DNA from: a virus
Lineage: Duplodnaviria > Caudoviricetes
Strand: one strand, 5' to 3'
Length of the DNA: 64,000 bases
Virus record (IMG/VR): IMGVR_UViG_2600255250_000001
Span: 1-64,000 of that record
The stretch's first letter is position 1. Each line of letters starts with the position of its first letter. Below are positions 47,665 through 56,909 of the stretch, one piece after another. The position numbers and the translations under genes were made by a program. The notes under the pieces are model-generated. The model was not told the origin of the DNA. It saw only the letters and a program-made list of their open reading frames with translations, and did no database searches.

Positions 47665-48801
47665 TTACTTGCGGACGCGGAAGGCGCCGAGGTTGGCAGG
47701 AGCCGCCTTGGTATCGACATCATCGACGGCGTCTTTGGCTTTGGCGCCAGCGGTCAGCAAAGCTGCCATTGACGTAGTCGTCTCCGCGAGGAGAGCTTCC
47801 ATCTCAGGGACCGTCTCCGGAACCGTCACGTTGAGCTTGCCGGCGGCGGTCAGGACCTTCGTCACGACACCCTTCAGTGCAGTGAGCGCAGCAGCGGCCT
47901 CGGTCGTCTTGGCTTCCAGGTCCGTCTTGGCAGTGGCCAGTTCGGTGGCGATAGTCACATCGGGCTTCGCGGCGTCAGAGAGCTGCACCTTGAGAGCGGC
48001 GATCTCCGTATCCTTGCCGGCAATGGTAAGTTCGAGAGCAGCGAAGGCAGAGACCTTCTGTGCAAGCTCGACCTTCACATCGGTCAGGCTGGCGACGAGA
48101 GCAGTAAGATCCATTTGGTCATTCCTCGTAGATGCCGCCAAGATGAAGATGTTCGGGTCCAAACCGCTGGCGGCGAGTTTCTGATACGAGGACCCAAAGT
48201 GTGCTTGGTCACGAGGAACGATGCGGGCGTTTTGCGCTCCACCCTTTCCTACGAGTGACATTTCAAACCAGACATCGAGGCCTACCAGCTTCCCGTAGAC
48301 TCCATTCTCGCCGAGGGTGTTGCCATCGGGGTCGGTGCCGGTGAAGATGTGCTCGAATGTTGCGTCTGGACCGAGATAATCGAAACCAGACACGCTGTTA
48401 TAGATGTGCTTCGAGAGGATGGAGACTGAGACCTGATCGACGGTCCCGGCATCTATCTTCTTGATCGTCTCGGCTTCGGTCTCGTCCATAAAGAACAGAA
48501 CGCGAAGCTCAGAATTCACTCCGGTGTCGACCACTTGTCCGTGGAAGACGCGGCCTTTTGGCAAGACGCTCGAATCATGGATGGATTGGAGAGGGATCGT
48601 CTCTTGCGAAAGAGACGCGGCCATTTCCATCAACACACCACGGTCGACGACCGACTTGTTGTAGAGGGGATGCTTCTTGCGAAGTGGGAGCGTGTTTAGG
48701 GCAATCGCTTCGTAGACAGCCAGGTTGTCGAGACTGACATCAGCACCAACCGCAGCGCGGAGACGGGAGATGATGTCCGGTGTCTTGGCGACCTGTTTCA
48801 T
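47665..48801 (-). CDS. prohead protease / scaffold protein
   Basis: Protease-like N-terminal half (SIHD, VSVS, EMSLV) plus Ala/Thr-rich coiled-coil C-terminal half. Confidence 0.7.
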   Translation of the reverse strand: MKQVAKTPDIISRLRAAVGADVSLDNLAVYEAIALNTLPLRKKHPLYNKSVVDRGVLMEMAASLSQETIPLQSIHDSSVLPKGRVFHGQVVDTGVNSELRVLFFMDETEAETIKKIDAGTVDQVSVSILSKHIYNSVSGFDYLGPDATFEHIFTGTDPDGNTLGENGVYGKLVGLDVWFEMSLVGKGGAQNARIVPRDQAHFGSSYQKLAASGLDPNIFILAASTRNDQMDLTALVASLTDVKVELAQKVSAFAALELTIAGKDTEIAALKVQLSDAAKPDVTIATELATAKTDLEAKTTEAAAALTALKGVVTKVLTAAGKLNVTVPETVPEMEALLAETTTSMAALLTAGAKAKDAVDDVDTKAAPANLGAFRVRK

Positions 48802-48882
48802 TCTCCTCTGAAGATGTGCAGCCCTAGTGTTGGATGCAAATTTCAGAGGAGTCGAAACGGTTCGTAGTGACTACAAGTCACC

Positions 48883-51800
48883 CTACGAAAGCGGTGATAT
48901 GCCTCGCATCGTGTTGAGGATGAATTTTGCAGTTCTAAGCTGCGGATTTCCAACCGGTGGATGAACGTGATCTTGATACTCGGTTGGCGTCCAGAAACCA
49001 CGAAGCATGTACAGTGGAACGAAAAGCAGCCCGTTCATCATCGCCGAAATTCGCATGGCTTCCTGGTATTCCCAAGGGTATCGGCCAACAGTGTTCTGGT
49101 CTTCGCTTTCTTGAGTGTAGGGCGGAACATTAGAAGACGTGTTCCAGTCCGCCATAACGACAATCATCGCGCCCGGGGCTCGGGCATGAATCGCCGCGTA
49201 GAGTTCTCTCATGCCCCCATAATACGTGCCAGCTGCCGTGTTGAGCCTGTCGCTCGGAACGCCAAGTGGGGCACCGTTCCACCAATCGTTCACCCCGAAT
49301 TCAGCGAACACTATTTTTGACAGTGGATTGATGTTGGCAACGGCGGCAAGGATTTCGCCCCCGTAATTCAAACCGCCCGTGGGGTGATCCCATTTGGCCA
49401 TCTTGCCGCCACCAACGCCGTGGTCAACCAGCGTAGCCAGGCCCAGGCCGTTCTTAACGAGTGTTATCCAGTCGTCGCCTGCCGTGAGCGAGGTGCCGAT
49501 GCAGTCGCCATCAAGCCCTACCCAGTCAACATTTGCATTGCTGGTCAGTCCGCTGAGAATGGTGCTAACGCCCTTGAATACCCCATCTATGGTTGCAGAA
49601 TACTCAAGTGCTCCAAGCAGCTGCGAGAAAATTGGGGTATTAACGCTTGGCTGCGTCGCAAAGTAGAAAAGTGGAATGCCGGTTGCGGCAGTATAGTGAT
49701 TGCTCCCAGAATGTTTCCAACACAAGTACTGCCCTTTGATGACAGGCAGATTAGGCACGATGGTCGCTTTGCCAGCACCTACAGAGAACGCTCCCGTAGC
49801 TGTGGTGGTGAAAGTGCCATCCAGGTTTTTAGTGAGAATGGCGAGAGTCACCGTGCCGGCGGTCGTGCCATAGACCGTCAGAGACGACAAGAAGCCATTA
49901 TAAGGGACAGCAACCTGCGGTGAGATGAAGTAGAGATTGCTGAAAGGCGATGCAGCTGCAACGCTGGCTGCTGCCTTACCAAGGACAGAAGTAGAGCTTG
50001 GACCAATTTCCAGGACATTAAGCCGGCGGTCGCTCACCGCTCGGAGGCCATTGTATGTGCCTTCGATAGTTGCAGACCACTGGAGGTTGGCAATAAGTTG
50101 TGCAGATTGCGCAGTGTTGGTGGTAGGCTTGGCGTTGAAATATCCAACAGTCACGATACCAGTGCCGGCGCCGTCGTAGTGTTGAACGCCCGTATGCTGC
50201 CAACAGACGTATTGACCTTTAGCAATTGGGAGATCTGGCGCCACGGTCACCTTGCCGGCCGCTACGTTGATTTCCGCCTGCGCGGTGATCGTGAAGGTGC
50301 CATCCGTGTTCTTGGTGGCTATCAGGACCGTCAACAGGCCACTGCTGGTTCCATACAGTGTAAGCGACGTGAGGAAGCCATCAGCAGGGCTGCGCTCCTT
50401 AGGCAAAATCCAGACAAGACCCGACCATGCGGTGGATGCTGCGACACTCGCCGCTGCCATTCCAAGCACACTGGTATTGCCGATGGCTTCGGCAGTGACC
50501 ATACGAGCGGTGAGGGTGGTTCCAACGCCCCGGATTGTGGGCTCTACAGTCGCCGAAAATTGTAGGTTGGCGAGAAACGCAGCACTTCGAGTGCTGTTAA
50601 CAGTGGGTTCGGTGTTGAAATAGGAGACCGTCTCCCCCGTGTTGGAACCATCATAGTGTGAGGTGCCCGTATGCCTCCAGCAAACGAATTGCCCCTTTGC
50701 GATTGGAAGATTTGGGGTAACGGTAACCTTGCCCGCTGCCACGCTAAAATCGATGGCCCCTGTGACGGTAAATGTCCCGTCGGAGTTCCTCGTCATAATG
50801 CGTACCATGATGTCGCCGGCGCTCGTGCCGTAAACGCTCATGGAGGTCAGGAAGCCATCCACCTGGGACGCCGCCATAGGGCACATGAAAACAGCGGCTG
50901 ACCATCCAGTGGATGCCACCACGTCAGCGGCAAGCATACCAAGAGTTCTCTGCCTGGTGAGGGCTGCTTCATGATCGATAGTGGTTTCGTTGAGAGGCAA
51001 CGATTTGAAAGTTACACCCACGTCGAAACGACTACCGGTGGTGACGGTCAAGGCAAAGGCCGAATTCGGAATGACCGCCGTGGTAGTAGCAGTCCAATAG
51101 TCAACCCCAGCACCAAGGCCCGTCGTCTTGTAGAGACCGAGGGGCGCATAGACCATAAGGTATTCGCCGGCGAACACACTGAAGTCCACGCCGGTAAGGG
51201 CGTTCACGCCAGCTGCCATCTTGAGGCGCTTTGACCTTAGGATAGTAAAGTTTGAGCCAGACTTGGTGCCCGCGTAAAGCCAAACCGGGCCGGCGTTGCC
51301 CGAGACGTGAAGAATGTCCACCACCTTGTTGACATCGATGGCGACTGGGATGACGTACCAGTTGGTGCCTACGGTGATCGCGCCCGTGGTCGGAGCCGGG
51401 ACTTGGCCTAGGGTTGCCACTCCCATATTGCCGATGTTCAGGTCAATGCTGGCTTTCGTGGGTGTAGTCACACCGGCGACGATTAACGACGTGCCAGCGT
51501 TGTTCTTGTAGAGTTGGTTGTAGAAGCCGTCCGACGACAGCGCCCAATAGCTCTGGCCGCTGCCGGCAAGGAAAGTGACAGTGAGAGCCACCGCTGCGCC
51601 AGTAAGACCGGCTGATGCGCCAAATCCGGGGGTAGGAGCAGAAGGCGCTGCTCCAATATACTCACCTGGGCCGGTGATCCTAACCGCAGTAACAATGCCG
51701 CCAGCAACGTCGAAGACGCCAGTTGGGTTGACGGAGAAGTTGCCTCCACTCCAAGTAAGGGCGAAGTCATTCCCGGTGGTGCCGCCAGAGCCCGCCGTGA

Positions 51801-52257
51801 TCGCCCCAACCAGATTGCTAATGCCACGTGGTACGTTAGCGGCAGCGGAGAGTGGGAAGAAACCGGCCGCGATTTTGGCCAGGGCGGCGCTCGCCGCATC
51901 GGCGTGCGTCGACACAACATCGGCAGCCGTCGAAGCAGCGTTGGAGATAGTGGTGGCAGCATTCCCAGCAGTGGTGGAAACCGCAGCGGTGATGGCAGTC
52001 ATTGCCGAGCCAAGATCACCAAATTCGGCAGCGACGACTTCAACCACGCCTCTGTCAGTGGTCGTCTGAGCAGCGTTGGTTTCGGACTGGACGGCAGCTG
52101 CTTCGGCCGCAATTCTAGAGGCTTCGGCTGATGCTCCATCAGCGGTGTTGATGATCGTTATGTTGGATAGAGCAACCGAAACGACAGGATCAGCTTCATA
52201 GCCGATGACTGCTGCGACACCTTCGGTGTATAGAATGGCGGTATTGTCAAACGACAT
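48883..52257 (-). CDS. fibre/spike protein with tandem repeats and C-terminal SGNH/GDSL hydrolase
   Basis: Three ~160-aa repeats; GTSLTAG, GVGG, FGVND, DHVHP (SGNH blocks). Confidence 0.75.
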   Translation of the reverse strand: MSFDNTAILYTEGVAAVIGYEADPVVSVALSNITIINTADGASAEASRIAAEAAAVQSETNAAQTTTDRGVVEVVAAEFGDLGSAMTAITAAVSTTAGNAATTISNAASTAADVVSTHADAASAALAKIAAGFFPLSAAANVPRGISNLVGAITAGSGGTTGNDFALTWSGGNFSVNPTGVFDVAGGIVTAVRITGPGEYIGAAPSAPTPGFGASAGLTGAAVALTVTFLAGSGQSYWALSSDGFYNQLYKNNAGTSLIVAGVTTPTKASIDLNIGNMGVATLGQVPAPTTGAITVGTNWYVIPVAIDVNKVVDILHVSGNAGPVWLYAGTKSGSNFTILRSKRLKMAAGVNALTGVDFSVFAGEYLMVYAPLGLYKTTGLGAGVDYWTATTTAVIPNSAFALTVTTGSRFDVGVTFKSLPLNETTIDHEAALTRQRTLGMLAADVVASTGWSAAVFMCPMAASQVDGFLTSMSVYGTSAGDIMVRIMTRNSDGTFTVTGAIDFSVAAGKVTVTPNLPIAKGQFVCWRHTGTSHYDGSNTGETVSYFNTEPTVNSTRSAAFLANLQFSATVEPTIRGVGTTLTARMVTAEAIGNTSVLGMAAASVAASTAWSGLVWILPKERSPADGFLTSLTLYGTSSGLLTVLIATKNTDGTFTITAQAEINVAAGKVTVAPDLPIAKGQYVCWQHTGVQHYDGAGTGIVTVGYFNAKPTTNTAQSAQLIANLQWSATIEGTYNGLRAVSDRRLNVLEIGPSSTSVLGKAAASVAAASPFSNLYFISPQVAVPYNGFLSSLTVYGTTAGTVTLAILTKNLDGTFTTTATGAFSVGAGKATIVPNLPVIKGQYLCWKHSGSNHYTAATGIPLFYFATQPSVNTPIFSQLLGALEYSATIDGVFKGVSTILSGLTSNANVDWVGLDGDCIGTSLTAGDDWITLVKNGLGLATLVDHGVGGGKMAKWDHPTGGLNYGGEILAAVANINPLSKIVFAEFGVNDWWNGAPLGVPSDRLNTAAGTYYGGMRELYAAIHARAPGAMIVVMADWNTSSNVPPYTQESEDQNTVGRYPWEYQEAMRISAMMNGLLFVPLYMLRGFWTPTEYQDHVHPPVGNPQLRTAKFILNTMRGISPLS

Positions 52258-52606
52258 CGCGAGTTACTCTTGCTGATACTGGCCAACGCCAGATGCCTGG
52301 GATCGGGGTCTTCACTGATCCGACGATATTGATGATGTCGAACATGACCGCGTCGGTCCAAGCGACCGAGGCAGCGGCGGGAATGGCAATCAACAGGACG
52401 TTGCCGTCCTCGCGACTGATGGTTGCCTCGGCAGAATCGGCTTCGAAGAGCACGATTGGAGAAGCCACAGCTGTTCTGAACTGGGCAACCAAACGGCCGG
52501 TGCCCAACTCAATTGCGTCCCAAAACTCAGGTGTGTATTGCAGTCGAATGTAGGTCAGATACCCAGGGCGGATCGGCTCTACCTGCTTGAAGAGTTGCTG
52601 GCTCAT
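52247..52606 (-). CDS. small structural / adaptor protein
   Basis: 119 aa beta-rich ORF coupled to the portal and fibre genes. Confidence 0.5.
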   Translation of the reverse strand: MSQQLFKQVEPIRPGYLTYIRLQYTPEFWDAIELGTGRLVAQFRTAVASPIVLFEADSAEATISREDGNVLLIAIPAAASVAWTDAVMFDIINIVGSVKTPIPGIWRWPVSARVTRDVV

Positions 52607-54063
52607 TTCTTAACCCCGTTCGACTTCGCGGCCTTCGCGCCCTCTGAGGTGAGAGATCGGCCGAGCGGGTCGCTGTTTGGTGTTGCTTTCGACGCATCGA
52701 TGGCACCTTGGTCGCCAGCGAACTTGGTCCCAGAAAGCTCAGGGGAGGCGTCAGGGCGCAGGCGCCGGTACATGAGCAGATGGTACTCATCGTCGGTGAT
52801 CAGGCCATCGGACAGGTCCTGGCGCAGCCGTGAGGCACGAAGCGTCAACTGAGGCTCCAACTCCAGGTCGGGTCGCAGCTCGGCCTTGACGAAGGTCACT
52901 TCGGCAAAGCCTTGGTAACCACTCTGATGGAGGATGAAGGAACAGATGTTGGTGAGCAGCTCGGCCACCGGCTCGTTCAGCTCGTCGGCGTTCATGGCCG
53001 CGATGCGGGCCTCGACCGACGATGTATTGACGCCCGAGGCGCCACGGCCGATGACCGTCGCCATGGTCTTGAGGCCGGCCTGGTTCTGGGCATTCAGAGT
53101 TTCGATGACCGACGTGATGTCGATGCCGACGCCGGGGTTTTTCTCGTTGATGATCTTGGGTTCAATCGAGTCCCAGTGGATCACGGCCTGATCGGCGCGA
53201 ACGCTCGAAAACAGGGAACTGACCTCATTGAAGCGGGCCTGCATCCAAGCCTTCTGCTTCTCCTGGTCGTTCTTGATGTTCGCCGGCATGTTCTTGAGCA
53301 GAACTTCCTCGACCACCGTGATGTCGAGGCGGGGGTAGCCGGTCTTCTGCATGATCCGGTAGAGGTCGTTGATCACCTGCTGCCGGGCGGCGATCGTGTT
53401 GATCGACGACACGAACGTCGAATAGGAGTAGATCTCGGTCGGGTCGCGGCGGAAGAACGAGACGAAGAAAGTCGGGATGTCAAGGTCGATGCCGTCCTGG
53501 ACGCCCTGAACCTTTTGGCGGGGTTTGAACAGACCTGGCTTCTTCTCGTACCACTCGATGCTCTGCATATCGACGACACGCAGTTCGCTCGGCGCTAGTT
53601 TGTCGTTGAGGACCAGCTCGGTGCCGATGGCACCGCGAAGCAGCGCCATGAAGCGGAACTCCTCGGCAATCGTTTTGAGGTCCTTCTTCAGCTGGAAGCC
53701 GAGGGTATAGTCGGTCGGAACCGTCAGAAACTTGATCTGCTGCACGAGCAGTTTAGTCTGGTCCCGGTCTATCTGCCCGTCCATATCACGGACCAGGATC
53801 AGCGGTTCGGTGTTTGCCATGGTAAGGTAGGAGAAGACGGCAGCGGACACGTCCGGGTCGGTCTTGAACAGACCTTTCAACAGAGTGCGGCTGTCGTCCG
53901 ACTGACGCGACGTAAAGATGTCCGTCAAATGCTCCTGATAGAGAGGAGCGGTCAGGACGCGATCAGCAGCCTGCGGGTTGAATGTGGCAGTAGCGGAGAT
54001 ACCACCCTTTTTGGACGACTTCTTTGGTGAAATGATTTGGAGCAGTTGCCCTAGTGAGGCCAA
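52603..54063 (-). CDS. portal protein
   Basis: 486 aa directly after the terminase; DPDVSAAV, GYPRLDI; typical size and position. Confidence 0.75.
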   Translation of the reverse strand: MASLGQLLQIISPKKSSKKGGISATATFNPQAADRVLTAPLYQEHLTDIFTSRQSDDSRTLLKGLFKTDPDVSAAVFSYLTMANTEPLILVRDMDGQIDRDQTKLLVQQIKFLTVPTDYTLGFQLKKDLKTIAEEFRFMALLRGAIGTELVLNDKLAPSELRVVDMQSIEWYEKKPGLFKPRQKVQGVQDGIDLDIPTFFVSFFRRDPTEIYSYSTFVSSINTIAARQQVINDLYRIMQKTGYPRLDITVVEEVLLKNMPANIKNDQEKQKAWMQARFNEVSSLFSSVRADQAVIHWDSIEPKIINEKNPGVGIDITSVIETLNAQNQAGLKTMATVIGRGASGVNTSSVEARIAAMNADELNEPVAELLTNICSFILHQSGYQGFAEVTFVKAELRPDLELEPQLTLRASRLRQDLSDGLITDDEYHLLMYRRLRPDASPELSGTKFAGDQGAIDASKATPNSDPLGRSLTSEGAKAAKSNGVKK

Positions 54064-54072
54064 AGTTCTGTC

Positions 54073-55815
54073 CTAACTGATGGTTCCCAGTGATATGGCT
54101 TCTTTGCGCCGGGATTTCACACCCATCTCAGGTCCATTCTTCATCGTAACGATGAGGTCTTGGGTGGTGAACATCGACCTGGGGTCGGCGTCGGACCTGT
54201 AGAGCAGGGCATCATTCACGCGAGTAGCGTAGATGCCGTAGGCGATGGCGTGAAAGAAGTGGTCATTGCCCGTTAGCTTCTGCCAAATGGCCGACGTGTC
54301 TTCCTTCTCGATGCGGACCATGTCTTGCAGGTGTGCGACGAGGAGATGCTCGTGCTTCCCGTAGCCCACCATGCTCATACGGCGCTTCCGGATCATCGTC
54401 GCGACGGTGTCGATCATCGTCGTCCGGTTGGCGCGGACGTGGCTGATGTTGTCCAGTTCGTCCTTGACCAGCTGCACGGCGGCCGACGTGGGCGAGCTGG
54501 CATACTCGACCGGGATCACCAGTCCATCAGTCTCCTCCATGATGCTGTTAGCGAGTGGGGTGTAGGGGTGGCGATCCATGCAGCCGCCAACCAGATTGAA
54601 GGTCTCCTTGATCTGCCTGACCTCATCGAGGAGGTTGTCAGCCGAGACCTGGCGGAAATCGAAAATCACCGGCTCTTTCTGGCCGAGATGGATCAGCACG
54701 ATATGGCAGATGATGCCCATGTCGATGCCAATGATCACCGGCGCAGAGTGGGTGATCGCGCTGGAGCTGCCCATGACAGCCCGAATGTCGGTCTCGCTCA
54801 GCCGGGCATTGGAGTCGTTGAAGGATTGGCCTAGGACCGTGTTGTACCAGCGACGCAGAGCGTCCTTCGATTTATAAAGAAGGAGCTGATCGACCACATA
54901 CTCGATGGTCAGGCGAGGAGTAGAAAAAGGATGAACGCGATAGCCACGGCCCCGGCGACCAGCGAACCTGGGTATCCAAGAACGTAAAGAACTATCATGT
55001 ACATCAAGAGGGTGACCACAGCGTTCACAACGTAGAAACGAGCTTCCGAGATCCAGTCTCGAAACCATTTCAGTGTCGATTTCAGATAGATCATTGAGAT
55101 CACCACTCAAGCCTTTAATGGATACAAAATTGGGGTTGAATTCCGGGATATTATGGTGTCGACATTTATTGCAACGGAGCATGTATTCATGCTGATCGCT
55201 GGCCTTGAATGAGGCGTCGATGCCGAAGCCCTCGAAGGTCGGAGTCGAGAACCCTTGGGTGATCCGATAGTCCGAGCCCTGGAGGCGGGACTGGAACAAG
55301 GCGAGCATTTCCTGGTCAGATAGATCCACTTCGTCATGGAAGAGGGCATCACTATTGATTGAGGTAGCGTCTGACTCCTTGTTGCCCGTGAAGTAGCCAA
55401 ATGATTGATTTATTTGATACAAGCCCATAGATCGGATAGGCTTGTCGTAGCCGAGATTGAAGACACGTTCCTGACTTATCATTGGTCCGAAACGCGTTTG
55501 AGACGTACGTTTCATCATGATGTCGTCAGGCAGGGTGAAGATCGCGCTGACAGCAACGGTGCGGGCTAGGAAGGCGGCGAACTTGCGAAGCTGGACTTCG
55601 GTCAGACCGATCTGAGAGCATTTGATGACACACATGTTAGGCGACATGTCATCGACAATTTGCCTTTGGAACTCGTATCCGTTGAACGAGAAGGGCTTCT
55701 TGCGGAGCTTGGTGTTCTTCTCAATCCAGTTCGACATCGACATAGCGTCGGTGTCTTCAGCGAATCTCGTGCGAACCTGTGATCTGAAATCCTTTAGGTA
55801 CTGGTTGTTTTTCAC
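54073..55815 (-). CDS. terminase large subunit (lambda gpA-like)
   Basis: KCSQIGLTE Walker A, FHDEVD Walker B, STPT, two CxxC pairs, IGIDMG nuclease motif, DHFFHA. Confidence 0.88.
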   Translation of the reverse strand: MKNNQYLKDFRSQVRTRFAEDTDAMSMSNWIEKNTKLRKKPFSFNGYEFQRQIVDDMSPNMCVIKCSQIGLTEVQLRKFAAFLARTVAVSAIFTLPDDIMMKRTSQTRFGPMISQERVFNLGYDKPIRSMGLYQINQSFGYFTGNKESDATSINSDALFHDEVDLSDQEMLALFQSRLQGSDYRITQGFSTPTFEGFGIDASFKASDQHEYMLRCNKCRHHNIPEFNPNFVSIKGLSGDLNDLSEIDTEMVSRLDLGSSFLRCERCGHPLDVHDSSLRSWIPRFAGRRGRGYRVHPFSTPRLTIEYVVDQLLLYKSKDALRRWYNTVLGQSFNDSNARLSETDIRAVMGSSSAITHSAPVIIGIDMGIICHIVLIHLGQKEPVIFDFRQVSADNLLDEVRQIKETFNLVGGCMDRHPYTPLANSIMEETDGLVIPVEYASSPTSAAVQLVKDELDNISHVRANRTTMIDTVATMIRKRRMSMVGYGKHEHLLVAHLQDMVRIEKEDTSAIWQKLTGNDHFFHAIAYGIYATRVNDALLYRSDADPRSMFTTQDLIVTMKNGPEMGVKSRRKEAISLGTIS

Positions 55816-56366
55816 GCTGTCCGGCCATGGTTCGTATGGAACCCTAGCTCCAAAGCTTTGGCCTGATAGGCGGCAGAGGCCTGTTCGGCGGTAAGAAAGC
55901 GGCCTATGTGCGTCTTGCGGCCTTCATGCCTAATCATGGCCCTGAATGAATTTCTATGTTTCTCGAAGGTGACGCCTATGTATCCAGAGGTGTTGGTAAC
56001 TGGAAGAGACATATTTCTTGCGTTATCGGTGTGAGTACCATCCTTGAGATTGTCCCAGCGATTGTCTGATCGACTATGGTTCTCATGGTCGATCTCAACT
56101 GGTTCGTCTCCCGTCATCCAAATCCAGATAACTCGGTGAGTCAGGTAATCCACGTCGAAGATACTACCGCGTCGATATCCATGACCGTTGGTGGCAGTAA
56201 AGGCTTCCTTCCCAGCAAACTTGGTGTTCCATGTCTTCCAGTCCTGCTCACGCGAGAACATCTCTCTCGGCCGCTCTCGCCAGCGAAGCTCGCCAGTGAG
56301 AGGGTCATAATCCAATAGCTGTCGAAGGAGTGTCTGTGTCAGCATTCTTGAGAGATAGGGACTCAA
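55812..56366 (-). CDS. HNH-AP2 homing endonuclease
   Basis: LLDYDPLTG, IDHENHSRSDNRWDNL, NTSGYIGV, ends NHGRTA. Confidence 0.88.
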   Translation of the reverse strand: MSPYLSRMLTQTLLRQLLDYDPLTGELRWRERPREMFSREQDWKTWNTKFAGKEAFTATNGHGYRRGSIFDVDYLTHRVIWIWMTGDEPVEIDHENHSRSDNRWDNLKDGTHTDNARNMSLPVTNTSGYIGVTFEKHRNSFRAMIRHEGRKTHIGRFLTAEQASAAYQAKALELGFHTNHGRTA

Positions 56367-56456
56367 GACCCCGTTTGCATACCTATAGACTAAGAACCAC
56401 GGTGGCTTGTGATTTGCTTTTTATACACGATCTAAGCTCCTTCACTGGAGCGCAAA

Positions 56457-56909
56457 ATGTTCTACCCAACCATCAAAGACGAAACAGTCTTAATGCTGAA
56501 CGTGGTCGTTCAGAACATCGAGAAAAACCCTTCCTACCTATCTAGTCCTGACTGTCCGTACTCGGATGTCATCAAGAAGTTCTTTCAGAGAACTGGCGCT
56601 GAAGTCGCGCCGGTCGACCTCTTCGCGGGCGAGGACGAGCTTGTCGTCATCGACACCCAGATCGCCAAGATCATCAATGATCTCGAAGCGTTTGGTGTGA
56701 CCCTGACCAAAGAGGATGTCAGTGAGAAGCTGGCCTATTTCAAGACCAAGACCGTGCTGTTCGAGAAGCTGATCAGCATGAGAGAGCGGACGTTCACGCT
56801 CAAGGAGTTGAACGAGTTCCGTTCGACCATTCTCGGCTTCATGAACGAAATCTGCACCAAAGACCAAGTGACCGACCTGATGCTCAGGCTGGATGGAGCG
56901 CTCGCATGA
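56457..56909 (+). CDS. hypothetical helical protein
   Basis: 150 aa, GGAG SD, coupled to the primase. Confidence 0.65.
   Translation: MFYPTIKDETVLMLNVVVQNIEKNPSYLSSPDCPYSDVIKKFFQRTGAEVAPVDLFAGEDELVVIDTQIAKIINDLEAFGVTLTKEDVSEKLAYFKTKTVLFEKLISMRERTFTLKELNEFRSTILGFMNEICTKDQVTDLMLRLDGALA

Noticed and set aside
49560-50950. Tandem repeats as a possible DGR template/variable pair or CRISPR array
   Set aside because: They are diverged in-frame protein repeats with no adenine-specific pattern or spacers, and no reverse transcriptase or cas gene is present.
56457-56909. Terminase small subunit
   Set aside because: Opposite strand to terL, coupled to the primase, and no recognisable motif; cannot be supported.
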